NCBI RefSeq assembly: GCF_009914755.1
Contig: NC_060937.1
Strand: one strand, 5' to 3'
DNA length: 64,000 nt
Origin: the human T2T-CHM13v2.0 reference genome, Homo sapiens
Shown: one piece after another, positions 50,070 to 62,929 of the stretch
Numbering within the stretch: the stretch's first letter is position 1
How the letters are laid out: each line of letters starts with the position of its first letter
Notes under the pieces: generated by a model
What the model saw: the letters and a program-made list of their open reading frames with translations, nothing else
What the model was told of the DNA's origin: nothing
The model's database searches: none
Made by a program: the position numbers and the translations under genes

Positions 50070-50734
50070 GTAAGATTCCTAAGAGTTAGCAGTGCTGTAG
50101 CAGGTTTATTCTATTTTCTATCACTATTTTTTCACACAGTTGTCTTTTCCATATTTATGTGTCTGCTTTGGCAAAGTGAAGCACAGTTTCCTCTACATAG
50201 TTTCTATACTACAGACACCTGTTTTGCCCCAGAGGCCTCTGAAGAATGTACATAATCAGAAAAAAATTTAGCACACATGGCTTTATTTCACTGACATGAA
50301 GACAGCTTTTATCTTAAAATCTTTATTTTCTTTCAGTTCTAAACATTTTGCATTATTGTTCTTCACACTTTGGGAGAATCTGAATCGTTGTAAATACCAT
50401 TCTAATTTTTGTTTCTGCTAGAAGCATTATACTTATTCCCTTAAGCTCCCTTAAGCTTCCTGTGAAAGAAGTCGCTAACCTTAAACAAATAGTTGACTTA
50501 TGTACTATTTTTGATGAGTCAGACATTCACCCTCTTTCTGTCATAAGATATATATGCAAATATTTAATATAAAGTATGTATTTTTATACACAGGGATGTA
50601 TAATATAAATTAAGTAAATGAGTATGTATATTTATTTTCATCTCTATTCTCGTAGTTTAAATCTAAAAAGTACCAAGATTGGACTTTGTTTTAAAATGCT
50701 TGTCAATTCCCAAAGAGGGTTTGAGGTCATTTCC

Positions 50735-50764
50735 AAAAAAAAAGAAAAAAAAAAAAAAAAAAAA
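50735..50764 (+). repeat. Solitary poly(A) tract A9-G-A20
   Basis: Counted directly; no adjacent Alu or L1 body. Confidence 0.9.
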
Positions 50765-52206
50765 GACTTACAGTCAAACCAAAACCTACTACAATCACTA
50801 TAAATAACAAAATCTCAGTACTAAAGGAGAAAGAAGAATATTAAGATTGATAGAAAAATAATCTTTAAGTACTTTTGAAGTAAAGAAACCAGAGGAATCA
50901 CTGTATCCTTCTCCAGAATACTTTTGTTTTTGCTCCACTGACAGTTTTGTTTTTTGTTTTTAATAAATGAACCCTGCAGAGGAAGTTTGGGAAAAATAGA
51001 CTTTGCTAAGTCATTTTCTTATTGCCTCAGTTCTGCCTCACCCCAGCTTGCAGAGGCTAGTCTTTCTCTATCATGCTTATTTCACTACGAGTTTGCCTAC
51101 CAATCATTACTCACTCTCATTTTTCAGGATACAAAGTGGTGTTTCATCTCTAGAGCCCACATCTACTTCCCTTGATGAGATATTTTGTTACAATTATCAC
51201 TTTGCCAGTAATTTTGTTTTGTCTAGAAGGGAGGTAGGAGATGCAGGCAATACAGGGATTGGAGCTGTATTTGCCACCTTACTCTCTTTCATATGCGACC
51301 CTTCTTTTTGTATTCCTTCCATATATCCATACAAGGATTGTCACATTTTCTATCCCCCCTTTTCTGGTCCTGGATTTTTGAAGCTTTTATCTTCTTGGTT
51401 TCAAGTTAGCGCTGGAAGTTTAACTGGATAGAGGGAGAAATAGGAAACAGATATACTTCATTATATGTAAATCTTGATTTTGCACATGGATGCTCAGAAT
51501 GCCATAACAGTTTTCTACTATAACATAATAGATATACGGAGCTTTTTGCAGATACCAGTGCCAGGCATGGATTTGTTTTCATTCATGTAGTATATCACTC
51601 ATGATTTTGTCCAAATCTGTACCTTTCACACTGTTCACTGCTCCCTGATCTTTCAGCACAAGCAAACAATCTTCTGAAAATACCTCTCTCGGTTTGAAGG
51701 ACAATTAGTGAGAAACATGCCAGAAAGGTTATTATGCCTATTTTCTGGCCAGAGCACTTTGAATCACCCAAAGAAAAACTAAGCATTATTTTGACATTCT
51801 TTGTCTGAACACTGACTATGTGTTTCTGAAGATAAGGTTGGCAAACTGTTTCCACAGCCGGATCCACACAGCGTGACATGTGCTTGTGAAAGGAACTCAT
51901 CTGGTCGAAGTTCTCCTGCCCTTATGCCATGCAGAGTTCAGCTGGAATTTGAAGCTTGAGTAGTGTTTCTTTTCAAAGGCCATTAACTGTCCATGATAAC
52001 CTAAAGTTATTATGAACTGTAACATTCCATTCATCCTGGACTGTTGACTGATCACACGTCTAATTTCATAGTAACACAATAGGTCACAACAGTTATTTTA
52101 TTTACTAATTCAGAGATTAGATTGGTTTAAGTTGAATATCAAATTGCCAGGTCATAATAAAATGATTTTTTTAAAAGAATGTTTTGAGAGAAAGGTAAAG
52201 AAAAGC

Positions 52207-52500
52207 AGCTGGGCATGATGGCTCACGCCTGTAATCCCAGTACTTTGGGAGGCTGAGGCAAGTGGATCACTTGAGGTCAGGGGTTCAAGACCAGCTTAGC
52301 CAATGTGGTGAAACCCCATCTCTACTAAAAATACAAAACAATTAGCTGGTGTGGTAGTGAGCACCTGTAATCCCAGCTACTCGGGAGCTGAGGCAGGAGA
52401 ATCGCTGGAGCCCATGAGGCGGAGGCTGCAATAAGCCAAGATTGCGCCACTGCACTCCAGCCTGGGTGACAGAGCAAGACTCTTAAGAAAAAAAAAAAAA
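52207..52500 (+). mobile_element. AluS (Sx/Sz-like), full length
   Basis: Alu dimer with poly-A. TSD-like AAAAGCA on both sides. Confidence 0.95.
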
Positions 52501-52773
52501 GCATTTAACTTAAAACTGGTTTTATAGGCCAACTGCCACACTTATTTTTCTTTCTTGCTTTTCTTCTAGTTTTCTAAACGTTTGTGGCACTTTTCCTACA
52601 TGCTTACCCTAGTACTTCTCCAGCTTGCAGACTTTTAGGAATTTCTGCTCTCCCTACTGCTGCCTTTGAGCCATTTATGATAAATCCTTCTAGCTGTAAG
52701 CAACTTTGACGTCTACCACCTGGTCACACACACATTTTGCTGAACCTTTTATGCAAATAACCTAAGAGGTGAC

Positions 52774-53131
52774 TATTATGATTTGAATTTGTCTCTAAAA
52801 TTCATGTTAGAAACCTAATCTCCAGTGCAATGTGTTGAGAAGTGGGACCTTTAAGGAATAATGAGGTAATGAGGACTTTACCCTCATGAATAAATTAATG
52901 TCACTATCATGGAAGAGGCTTAGTTTTCACTGGGTTCCTCATAAAAGGATGAGTTTGGACCCCTTTCCTTGCACATGCTCTCCTGCCCTTCCACCTTTCA
53001 ACATGGGATGATGCAGCAAGAAGGCCGGTGTCAGACTTCCCAGCCTCCAGAATTATGAGAAATAAATTTGTTTTGTATAAATTACCCAGTGTCAGGTATC
53101 CTTTCATAGCAGCACAAAACAGACTAAGACA
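52774..53131 (+). mobile_element. MSTD/MSTC-like solo LTR (ERVL-MaLR)
   Basis: AAAATTCATGTTAGAAACCTAATC..GACTTCCCAGCCTCCAGAA..AGCAGCACAAAACAGACTAAGACA. Perfect TSD GTGAC. Confidence 0.9.
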
Positions 53132-55624
53132 GTGACTTAGAACAGGTGTAAAAACTTCCTGTTCCATTGCCTGGTTCCATTACTTCCTATTTTTTTCCCA
53201 CTAAGCTGATGTTCAGTTCCATCCATGCTGCTTTTATAGCTGCTGTTCAAACTTTAATGAGGACAATCAATGCTTGCTCTGCCTTTTTTAAAATAAACAG
53301 ATTAGAACTTAGAAATTACAATGTCGAACAACTCTGATTGAGTAAACACAATTATATTAAAACTGTGAATTAAGAACAGTATCTTACAAATTTAATACCT
53401 TAATTTACAGACAACGAAGGACCAAATGTCTCTGTTGACTGTTATGCATCTTCAATTACTATTCAGCCGTGGTGACCTTGCCTCAGCAAATAGCATTTAA
53501 GCCCATTTATTCTTTTTCTACCCTGAGGAGACCAGTTATAAGTTTGTCTCCCATAGGGATGATCAGCATCAGGGCAGCTTGCTTCGTGTCTGTTATTATA
53601 AGGCTTTTGACGCATGCTCACCCATGTTTGAAATACAGGTACAACCATAACGATCTACCCCACAGGTCGGGTGCTTTTGTTTTTACTCACCCTATTTTCC
53701 AAACAAAGGCATAAGATAAAAATAAGTTTACTACAGTGCCATTTAACTTCACATGTAGCCACCTTAGCTACTGATTGCACATCAATTATTGTTTCTATTT
53801 GCTTCTGTACTTTCATTTCATGACCTAACAATGACAAAAAAACCCTCAAATATGGATATTACAATTAATTAGAAAGTATAGCACCAGATGTACCTTTTCT
53901 GGGGTTTAATGTTGCAAAATTACCTAGAGGTGGCCTCACTGTGGATTGAGGGCTTGATTCAGGTGAAGAACGAGGCTGCTTCTGCACCTTCAATACGTGA
54001 ACACTTTTGGTTAATGAGCCCTCGGACATACATGGGAAAGCCCTCTTTTCCTTTCTGTAAATTGAGGACGAAAAGAGATGAGTCACTGAGTTTAACAGAT
54101 GTCTCCAATTACAGTAATGACGGGCCCTGATTCTGAGAGGCCCACAGGTTTATTCCACATTGTGAGGATTAAATACAAAACCAGGACAAAACACTACTGC
54201 TCAGAAAAATGCCCTTGGATCCTACACAATGCCTGTTTTATTTGTACAATGTGGAATATTTTACTGAAGTATAACTTAGCAGGCATTATGCATATCAAAG
54301 GCAAATGCCATAAACTAACCCCTCGACTAAGGCTAGGGAATTAGGCAGGCTGAGATTATGCATGGGCCTTTCCCATATATGCATTCTTCTTTTCTTGACT
54401 TACACTGACTCTTTTGTGTCTTTATTTGTCACGCTGCTTAAACAAGAACTCCTGCTTCCCTGGCCACTCTCAATATGTTGATGAAAAGGGAAGATGGTCA
54501 AGCCCTGGGAGAATAGGAGGAGACTAGGGGGCATCCCATTATCAACCCCACCTGGTTAGGAGCCTCATTTTCCCCACATTACTATCAGGAAGAGTGTGCT
54601 CTGAGTTTACTATCTACTCTTGTAGATACTACAGTGATTTCCCACTCTGATTATATTTTTACTCCTACTAAAATGTTTTTACTCCTTTTCCAGTTCACTC
54701 AAATTCTTCTCATGCCATAAGGTCCAGTCCCAGTGAATATGCCCTGCTTGCACCTGAATTCAAGGAGCCCGAATAAAATCCCCCCCTCTCATCTGCATCC
54801 TGAACTTTCTCTTTCCTCATATGGGCACTACCAGTATTCCAATGTTCCAGGATGATGCCTTACAGTCCTATTTCCTTATGTGTCTCATATTGCAGGTGGC
54901 AAAGCATCTATAGCGGTCTCATCTTTTGCTTCCTTACATTCCTCAGATTCCCAGTCCAATGATAAAATTCTGGCTCCATTTTACCTCAGCTATCCACTCA
55001 GTTTCTCAAATGTAAAAATAGAAAATAGGTTTTGGCTTCTCTGCACATATTCTTGCATTGGTAACAGCTGCCTGTGTTGAGATGGCTTTTGAGAGGTTGG
55101 GTGGGAGAGAGCCATGATTGATTGGCTGGAAACAACAGGTCTGGACTAGAAGAGGTGACACTAGCACCACATACATGAGATTCCACCCCAAATCATAGAT
55201 ATGGTCATGTTAGAAAAGAAAAATAGTCCTCGACCATAACACATGAATCCCATCCCTAGTCTTTGAATTTTGATTAGCTTTTCTTCCCCTGTAAGTTCTC
55301 TTTTCTTAAGCCACATTGAACCACTGCAATTGCCAAAACACATTTTGTATCTTTGTTTCTTCTCATACCTTTCCCTTTACATTTCCCCCTAAACAATTAA
55401 AAGTCTTGTTACCAGATTAAATCTTGCTTCTTCCATGGCATATCATGTAATAACTTTCTCTCCTTGTCTGGTCTATGGCCTATGCACATATGCACAATGC
55501 CTTTATCTTATTTTCCACTTTCTTCTCCTATCTGATCCTGTGCTATTGTTTATATGTTGCTATGTTATGGAATCTTGGAACTAAAATCTCTCATCTCACT
55601 CTACACCCAAACTGTCCTTTGCCT

Positions 55625-55735
55625 GGAACTATTTTACAGGGGAGAAAATTAAAACTCACAGGAGTTATGACACATATGTCTGAAATCTACCGACAAGAGG
55701 GAACTGGAACTCAGCTCTCCTGAAAACGGCTCTTC
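55625..55735 (-). mobile_element. MIR fragment
   Basis: ATTTTACAGGGGAGAAAATTAAAACTCACAG..GAACTGGAACTCAGCTCTCCTGA. Confidence 0.55.
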
Positions 55736-56304
55736 CCAGTTGTCGTATTATATTGTGAAAACAGACCAGTTCACAACAAGCAACAGCAAATGAGCGCTTC
55801 ATCGAATGATCACTTTCCTAAATAATGTGGCAGATTTTTAATTTTTTCTTTGAGGATTTGTCAGTAGAGCTTTTCTGAACATTAATCTCTCATATGTTAG
55901 CCTTTTAGAAGTAAGCTGTTTTATCACTTATGTAAAATTAGGTTCCCTTTTCCTTATGCATGTTATTCTTTTCTGCATTTTGTACTCACATACTAATTCC
56001 TTGCCCACCATTTTCCTGTGTCCCTGGCTCTGGCTTCTGTCTGCAACCCTCCCTGTCTGTTGTTTAAGGTCTGGTCTCCATGCTTGCCCCTTTGTCTGCT
56101 GCTACTCCTTCACCATCTCTGATCTTTCCTGATCTAATACTGTGAACAGTTCCAGCTCTGATCTCTGATGGTGAAATGGATGTATCAATTGTCTTAGATC
56201 CATACTATGAATATTCCTTAGATCCATATTATAAATATTTATCAGACAGTTTTTGGAATTTTAAAAAGTTATTTGGCTACTACTTTTCCACTAAATTGAC
56301 CTAA

Positions 56305-56425
56305 GAGAGTGAATTATACATTTTCTGAGGTCAGGAAACGCTTCTTGTCTACCTTTGAAAGACCCAAAATACCTAATAGTGAAATGTGCAAACAGTAGTG
56401 TCCAGTAAGTGCTTGTTGAATTGGG
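56305..56425 (+). mobile_element. L2 3' end
   Basis: CTGAGGTCAGGAAAC..CCTAATAGTG..ACAGTAGTGTCCAGTAAGTGCTTGTTGAAT. Confidence 0.6.
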
Positions 56426-57160
56426 AAATAAATCCAAGGCTGAACTCTATGATCATGAGGGCTTTGATTTATAAATTTAAAGGAAGACTAAAACAAACTA
56501 TTACTTTTCTTTAAAAAAAGAAAGTAAATTTTTTTTGCAAGGTATGGAAAGCACAGATATAAATATATTCTTATTTTATTTATTGGTTTATCTTTACCAG
56601 ACCTAGTATACTTAAAATTGCAAATTTTGCTTGAACAATTTTGGAATCATGAAGCGTATAAAGTGGTTTTGTTTGGAAAAATGCATGCCCACTTTCTCAT
56701 TTGAAAAATATAAGGTATTACAATTCGATAAATTCAGTAATTCAATAAATAATTACTGAAAAAATAAAAACCTCTGTTAGCAGAATTTACTTGACCACAG
56801 AGCATCAATGCATTACCTTTGATGATTAGCCGGGGTTCTAAATCTATGTGCTAATGAATTCAATATGTGCAATGGGGGAATAGGTAAAACCATAAAACCT
56901 CAAAGCTTCAGCTTCTGTAAGCCTCCTTGGTGCAAGCAATCATATCAATGGCAGTTCGAGCTTCCCTGGACAAAACAGAAGCCACATTTTCTATTTATCT
57001 CCAATATTGCAATCAAACAAAACTTTGGAACTACTTAAATTTAAATGTATAGCAAAGTAGTAATGAAATGAATTAGTATAGATGGAGTCTGTGTAAAATG
57101 GAAACCTACAATAAGTGCTGGACCTCAGGGAATACTTTCCCTTTCACTTGAGTGAAGACA

Positions 57161-57470
57161 GGCTGGGTGCAGTGACTCATGCTTGTAATATCAACAATTT
57201 GGGAAGCCCAGGCAGAAGGATCGCTTGAGGCCAGGAGATTGAGATCAGCCTGGGCAATACAGTGAGACCCCCATCTCTACAAAAACTTTTTAAAAAAAGT
57301 TAGTTGGGTGTGGTGGTACATGTTTGTAGTTACTCAGGGGGCTGTGGCAGGAGGATGGCTTGAGCCCTGGAGTTAGTTCAACACTGCAGTGAGCCGTGGT
57401 GGTGCCACTGAACTCCACCCTGCATGACAGAGCAAGACCGTGTCTCAAAAAAAAAAAAAAAAAAAAAAAA
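57161..57470 (+). mobile_element. AluJ, full length
   Basis: GGATCGCTTGAGGCCAGGAG..CCTGGGCAATACAGTGAGACC (J-type) with a long poly-A tail. Confidence 0.93.
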
Positions 57471-57624
57471 TAGGGGGTAGGAGATAGGTCTAATGTCCAA
57501 GGTTAATTAACATCATGTCCAATGCTAATGCTCAAATGAGCAGATTATAAATTACATCAATTTTATTTTCTGTCTAATGCTAGTTTTGGTTGAGACCTAG
57601 ACAGTTCTTATATGGACACAGAAA

Positions 57625-57930
57625 AATTTATTTGGAACCCTGCCATTGCTACTTGCTGTCTACAGTATTTCTCAAACTTTGGGTAAATTGTGGAGACTTT
57701 ATGAAAATCACAGACCAAGCACTAAACTTGAAATTTATGAGAATGAATTACAGCATTTAGATTTGTAGTACTGCCATACGGGATTCTATGTCACTGACAA
57801 GTTCAACTATCGATGTAAAGAATTTGGACAAAATTTCCTAAACTTTCTGAACCTTAGTTTCTCTGTAGGAGGAAAAAATAATACTGATCAGATTGTTGGG
57901 AAGGCCACATGAGATAACATTGTGAATTGC
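57625..57930 (+). mobile_element. MIR interrupted by a MER5-like hAT element (about 57663-57812)
   Basis: MIR GGAACCCTGCC..CTACTTGCTG, then CAGTATTTCTCAAACTTTG..GGATTCTATG..AAGTT, then TTGGACAAAATT..CTGAACCTTAGTTTC..ATGAGATAAC. Confidence 0.55.
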
Positions 57931-59779
57931 ATAAATACTGGCATGTGCCCTTTTCTTCTATCCTGTAGCTTGAATGTGGCCTTCCAAGGTATTGTATTTA
58001 CCCAAGCTGTAGTAATCGTTATAACCCACCTCTTCAGGCTTTCTTATTTTTTTGTATACACCTATTCTCTATTCTTATTTTGATTTTGTCATTTTTAGTC
58101 ATTAATCTGTCTTATATTAATAGGAAAATAAACTCCCTTTAATGAACAACATCTTGCTGTACCATTAAAGACTATTAAATTGAAAAATCTTTTAGTTAGT
58201 AGAAATATTCTTAGGAAAACACCAGCAAAATACTCAAGCAGGAAAGAAAAATTTTAGTTTAGGGACAAGAACTATGCAAGCTGTTAAAATATTAGTTTCT
58301 TAACTGACTTCTCCAATATTTGTAATTTTGTAGACATAATTTGTGTTGAAGTCTACTCAGTAAGAAAGTCTCAGTAAATGCATTCTCACCTGGATATAAG
58401 GTGGTCAAAAAGTTTCCAAACAATTTCTCCTTATCTATTTTAATAGCGTTTTCTCTTTATCATGGTATTGCTTGAATAATGAAACAAAATTACTAATAAA
58501 GGAATTATGGTCTCAACATTTCTTAATAAGCACATGAAAAGAAACTATTAACTACAGATGAAAGTAGAAGTTCTTAGTTTTGTTTCTAAATAGTTTTGAT
58601 CTTCAAAAAATAGATGATATTTCCCAATTCAATTTCATAATATTGAAGTTATGAGATAGTGTCATGAACACCTAATAACTGCACTTGCCAAACTATTCAA
58701 AATAGAGCTAAATTGTATAAAGTTCTCCTTTTGATCCCCAATATCATTGAATGTCTAGTTTAGTTAGTCTTGTAAAACAGGTTGCAGGTTTAAGTTTAGA
58801 ATTTCTGTGTCAACAGTAGAGTGGTCATTACCAAGGATGATTTAAAGACATGGGGAAAAATCCTTAACATATCCCTAAAATAGTATATTTTTAATTTAGG
58901 AGTAGAGGAGGTTAAAATGTTTATTAAATAGGCATGGATTTTGAAAGTTGGAGAACTCCTGCTTTGGACTTAACATGTTTGAGGAGAACCTGTCATCTTC
59001 AGCCATCACAAAATCATGGTCCTGTATCCAGGGTTGTGTCTGAATTGAGTTAGTAGTGGTAGCCCTACATGGTAATTTGAAATGCAAAAGCAGACTTTTA
59101 TTCTGTGGGACGAAGTGGAGCAGACATATCTTTGAAAGCAGCTTTAATAGCATACCCTCCAGAAAAGTAAAGGAAGGAACTTGTTCTATTGTTCTAGACT
59201 ATGTTCACCTTTGAAAAATTCAATATTAATCATTGCTCAGCTTTACTTCCAATACTGTGGCTATAAGGGCAGAATCCCAACTTTCTCTGGGAGAGCAGAT
59301 AGTTGTCATTGATGATTATCTATCCTCTGAGTGGCTGGTAATAGAAATATTTTATTCATTATCTATCTGATTGCACCCTCACAATTCACCCTTTAGCCTT
59401 TGTAGAGGAGGTGGCACAGGTTAGTTTTCAAGTGTTAGATTTTTCCACAGGTCAGATTCTAAATACACAATATTCTTTCCTGTACTTTTAGCATTACTTT
59501 TCTGTAATAATTTGTTATTCAACGTTGAGCCTTCAGTCTATGTAGCTACCTAATCTATACAAACATTACACTGCCAAAAAAGAAAACAAAATCAATATAT
59601 ATATTTGATTTATATGAACAATATAAACACATGTATTAATTGTGGCCATGAAGTCTGGATGTGAGCAATAAAATTATGGGTCATAAAAAAATCACATCCT
59701 AGGTACCCTCTCAAATTTTCTGACTTCCCTGTCCCTGGAGGCCTGAAATAAAAACATAAGTTTGAAAGTTTTATTAATA

Positions 59780-60343
59780 AGTATAGACTAGGCTACATGC
59801 TGTGATAACAAAGAAACCCCAATATCTCAGTGGCTTAAAGTAAGTGTTGGCAAACAACAGTCCATAGGCAAAATCCAGCGCAGCACTTGTTTTAGTAAAT
59901 AGAACTTTATCGGCACACAGCCGCTCTCATTCATTTACTCTCTGTCTATGGCTACTTTCTTACTATAATGGCAGAGCTGAGTAGTTGCAATAGAGACCAT
60001 ATAGCCTGTAAGTTTAAAATATGAATCATCTGTCATTTTATAGAAAAAATTGCTGACTCTGCACTTAAAGGATAAAAGTTTTATTTTTTGTTCATCCAAG
60101 GTCTACTATCCAAACATTCTCCCTAAAGCAGCTCACCTCTAAGCTCTTGACTCAGATGTCTAAGTTGATTCCATCTCAGGACTGTACTTTCTCAATATAA
60201 AGCTTTCACTTTGGCCTAGGAGAGATTGACATCACGCATTAGTGATAGCCAGTCCAATGAAATGGACTTACTGCACCACAAAGGATCTGGATTATGTGAG
60301 GGAGAACATTGGTATTTGATCAACAGTAGAAATCATTGCCATA
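59780..60343 (-). mobile_element. MLT1I/J-like LTR, split by MER58A
   Basis: ATAGACTAGGCTACATGCTGTGATAACAAAGAAACCCCAATATCTCAGTGGCTTAAA, resuming AAAAGTTTTATTTTTTGTTCAT after 60070. Confidence 0.7.
59841..60061 (+). mobile_element. MER58A (hAT-Charlie), full length
   Basis: GTGTTGGCAAAC..GTCTATGGCTACTTT..GGCAGAGCTGAGTAGTTGCAATAGAGACC..AAATTGCTGACTCTG. Approximate 8-bp TSD GCTTAAAG/ACTTAAAG. Confidence 0.92.
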
Positions 60344-60344
60344 T

Positions 60345-61670
60345 CAGTCATCTGCACATAAGTGATACTTAAGGACATGAAGCTGGATTAATTTATCAAG
60401 GAAGAGTTTTGATAGAGGAGAGAAAAGGTTCAAGGACTGTCTTGGGGCATTCCTAAACAGCGTTAAGAGCTCGGAAAGAATAAGAGCTATCAAGAATAAT
60501 ATAATGGAACAACCAGGGAGATATGTGTAAAACCAGTTACTTGTGGGTGTCCTGGATGCCAAGGGAAGGAAATGTATTTAGAAAGAAGAAATTATATGCC
60601 AAATGCTCATGATAGGCCAAAGATTAAGAACTGGAATGGAATATTGGATTTCAGAAGATCATTGGCTACCTTGACCATAGCTTTTTTCAGTTATTTGGAG
60701 TGATTTCAAAGCCTAATTGTAGTGAGCTTAAAAGAAATTGGGAAGCAAGAAGTTAGAAAGAGGAAAAACTTGACAAGTACTTCAAGAAATTTTACTATTA
60801 AGAAAATGAGTAAAATGGGGTTATGTATAAAGGAATAACGGAGTCATGATTGAGGTGCTTTATTTTTTCCTTTACATGTAGGATTTTTCTTGTCACTTTG
60901 CAAGCCTGGGACTTCCCAGCCAGTGACACCCTACCTGGGCCCTCATCGGCCACACTGGTGTTCCCCAGCTCACCTGTTATAGCTTGTACCCATGTTCAGT
61001 GGTTCTGGAGCTCTTGTGCCATGCCCAAGAAGAATGAGGATATGATGGACATTGAAGTGTGAAGAGGACAGAGAATAACTTTATTGAGCAATGAAACAGC
61101 TTTCAGCAGAGAGGCATGTGGGGTTGGTCTGCCTACCGGAAGGCAGGAATGCCCTCTTTGTTGCTGGGTGGGGGCCTTTGGACTCAGAATGGAGAGTGTG
61201 TGTTGATTTATTTTTGAGTACGCAAAAAAGGTTACAGTGAAGACAACTCTTAAAACGTGGGCACAGCAGTGTAGAAAGTCAATTAGGAAAGGGTAGGTAT
61301 ATGAGAAATAGGGGAAGGCTGGGGACTAATCAGAGAAAACATGTCAAATGGAGAAACAGATTCTCAATCCAGTCTAAGGATTTAACTTGTAGCTTGGCCT
61401 TTCAGGCTTTAAACTGTCCTTGGCTTGGAGGTGGAGTTTCACTGGGGACCCTTCCCCATCCGCCTAAGCATTTGGCTGCCTCCTGTCGCTCTCACGTTTT
61501 CAAATGAGATAAAAGCTTTCATGTTCTTAAGTTGATGGAAATGATTCTGTACAGAGAGAAAAATGTTGCTGTAAGCATGAGAGGTAATTGCAAAGACATT
61601 GAATGAAGCAAGTGAAGGAAGGTAGTGGACAAAGGGAGGGAGCTGCCCTTAGGCAGAGCATAAATAACAC
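60345..61670 (-). mobile_element. L2 fragment, interrupted by an ERV1 LTR
   Basis: GTCATCTGCACATAAGTGATACTTAAGGACATGAAGCTGGAT..GTGTCCTGGATGCCAAGGGAAG..CATTGGCTACCTTGAC; resumes after 61494. Confidence 0.75.
60877..61494 (-). mobile_element. ERV1 solo LTR (LTR27/LTR28/MER52 group)
   Basis: TG...CA ends; right end GGTGGAGTTTCACTGGGGACCC..GCCTAAGCATTTGGCTGCCTCCTGTCGCTCTCA; TTTATT at about 61080 gives AATAAA on the minus strand. Confidence 0.8.
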
Positions 61671-62929
61671 TTTAAAGGAAATGAATTAACTTTGAATCTT
61701 TAATCTTTTTTCAGCAAAAATATCACTTTTTAACTCAGCATTTGCAGATCAATATTCTTTTTTTTTTTTTCTTTAGCAAAGTTAATTCCAGCATAGTCCC
61801 CTGTTCTGAAACATTTTGGAGAAAACCACCTCCAATCAGGTCAACAAGCTTTGCTTTCTGATTTCTAAACACGACTGTTTTAACCCTGGTAACACTTTAT
61901 AATTAGTAAAGCACACTGACTGGATTTCTTTTAATTACTATAATCCTACTACCATCCTCATGGTGCTGGGATGGCCAGATGTTCATCTTATATTTCACAG
62001 TAATTGTGTAACTAAATCTCTAAAGAATCTTTATTTTTCCATGGAAAGTAGTTCTTTTCATGGTAAGCTATAAAATTTCAAGTGGAAACTACGTATTTCT
62101 TCTCTGAATGCTGTTTAATTTTTCCAACAGCAATACTCAGCTAATGTATTTATTTCAAACTATAACTTTTCTTTTTACTCTAAATACGAAAAAGTTGCTT
62201 TTTCTTACAAAGAAAAAAAGTAAAAGTCAATGATAGTACAGACCTGTGATTGTCCTCAGTTATATGTTAATGTGTGTGTGTGTGCATGTGTTATAATCAT
62301 GAATAAAACAGGGCAGGATCTAACAACCTCTTCCAGTTAGCATGTTAATTTATCATTTTAAAGAAACCTTTTTTTCTGAAATACAATAGTTGACATGAAT
62401 CCCATAAGTTTCATTACCTTTTATCTTGCCCTTTTTTGAAAAACAGCTTGCACATCTCCAGCATTGCATAAAATACCCATTTGTAATTATGCTTAACCTT
62501 TCCAAAGCCTTTGGGCATAGTCTGCTCATTAATCTTTAACCTGACAAGCCTTGGGGGTTGTAAAATTGGTACCTCTATGTATTAGAGACAGAGACTAGAG
62601 ACTAGAGGTACAAAAGGGGTAATTAAGAGGAGGTAAGAAAAGAAATACAACAAAACTAGAGAGACATGACTATATTACGGTAGATGTCAACTAACAGCAG
62701 GGACAAAAGAATGCAAATCATTACAGACAGAGTTCAGGAAATAAATGAAGGTATACATTTTTAGAAAAAAAGTTAACCATACCCTGTTGTACTCAAGAAA
62801 AAATAACTTGCACCAAATTCATCTAAAATAAAGATTTACAAATATTATCATACAAAATATGGCAAGGACTCCTCTTGTAGTTTCAACCAAACAAGAGGGC
62901 CAATGAGAAAGTACAATCCTATTGATTGT

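Noticed and set aside
51003-51431. Longest ORF in the window (142 aa)
   Set aside because: Non-ATG start, F/S/L-rich composition typical of T-rich non-coding DNA, and no known family.
54518-54536. CTCF-like ACTAGGGGGCA (also 53922-53937 and 59404-59418)
   Set aside because: Each has mismatches at key 5' positions of the CTCF core and cannot be supported without ChIP data.
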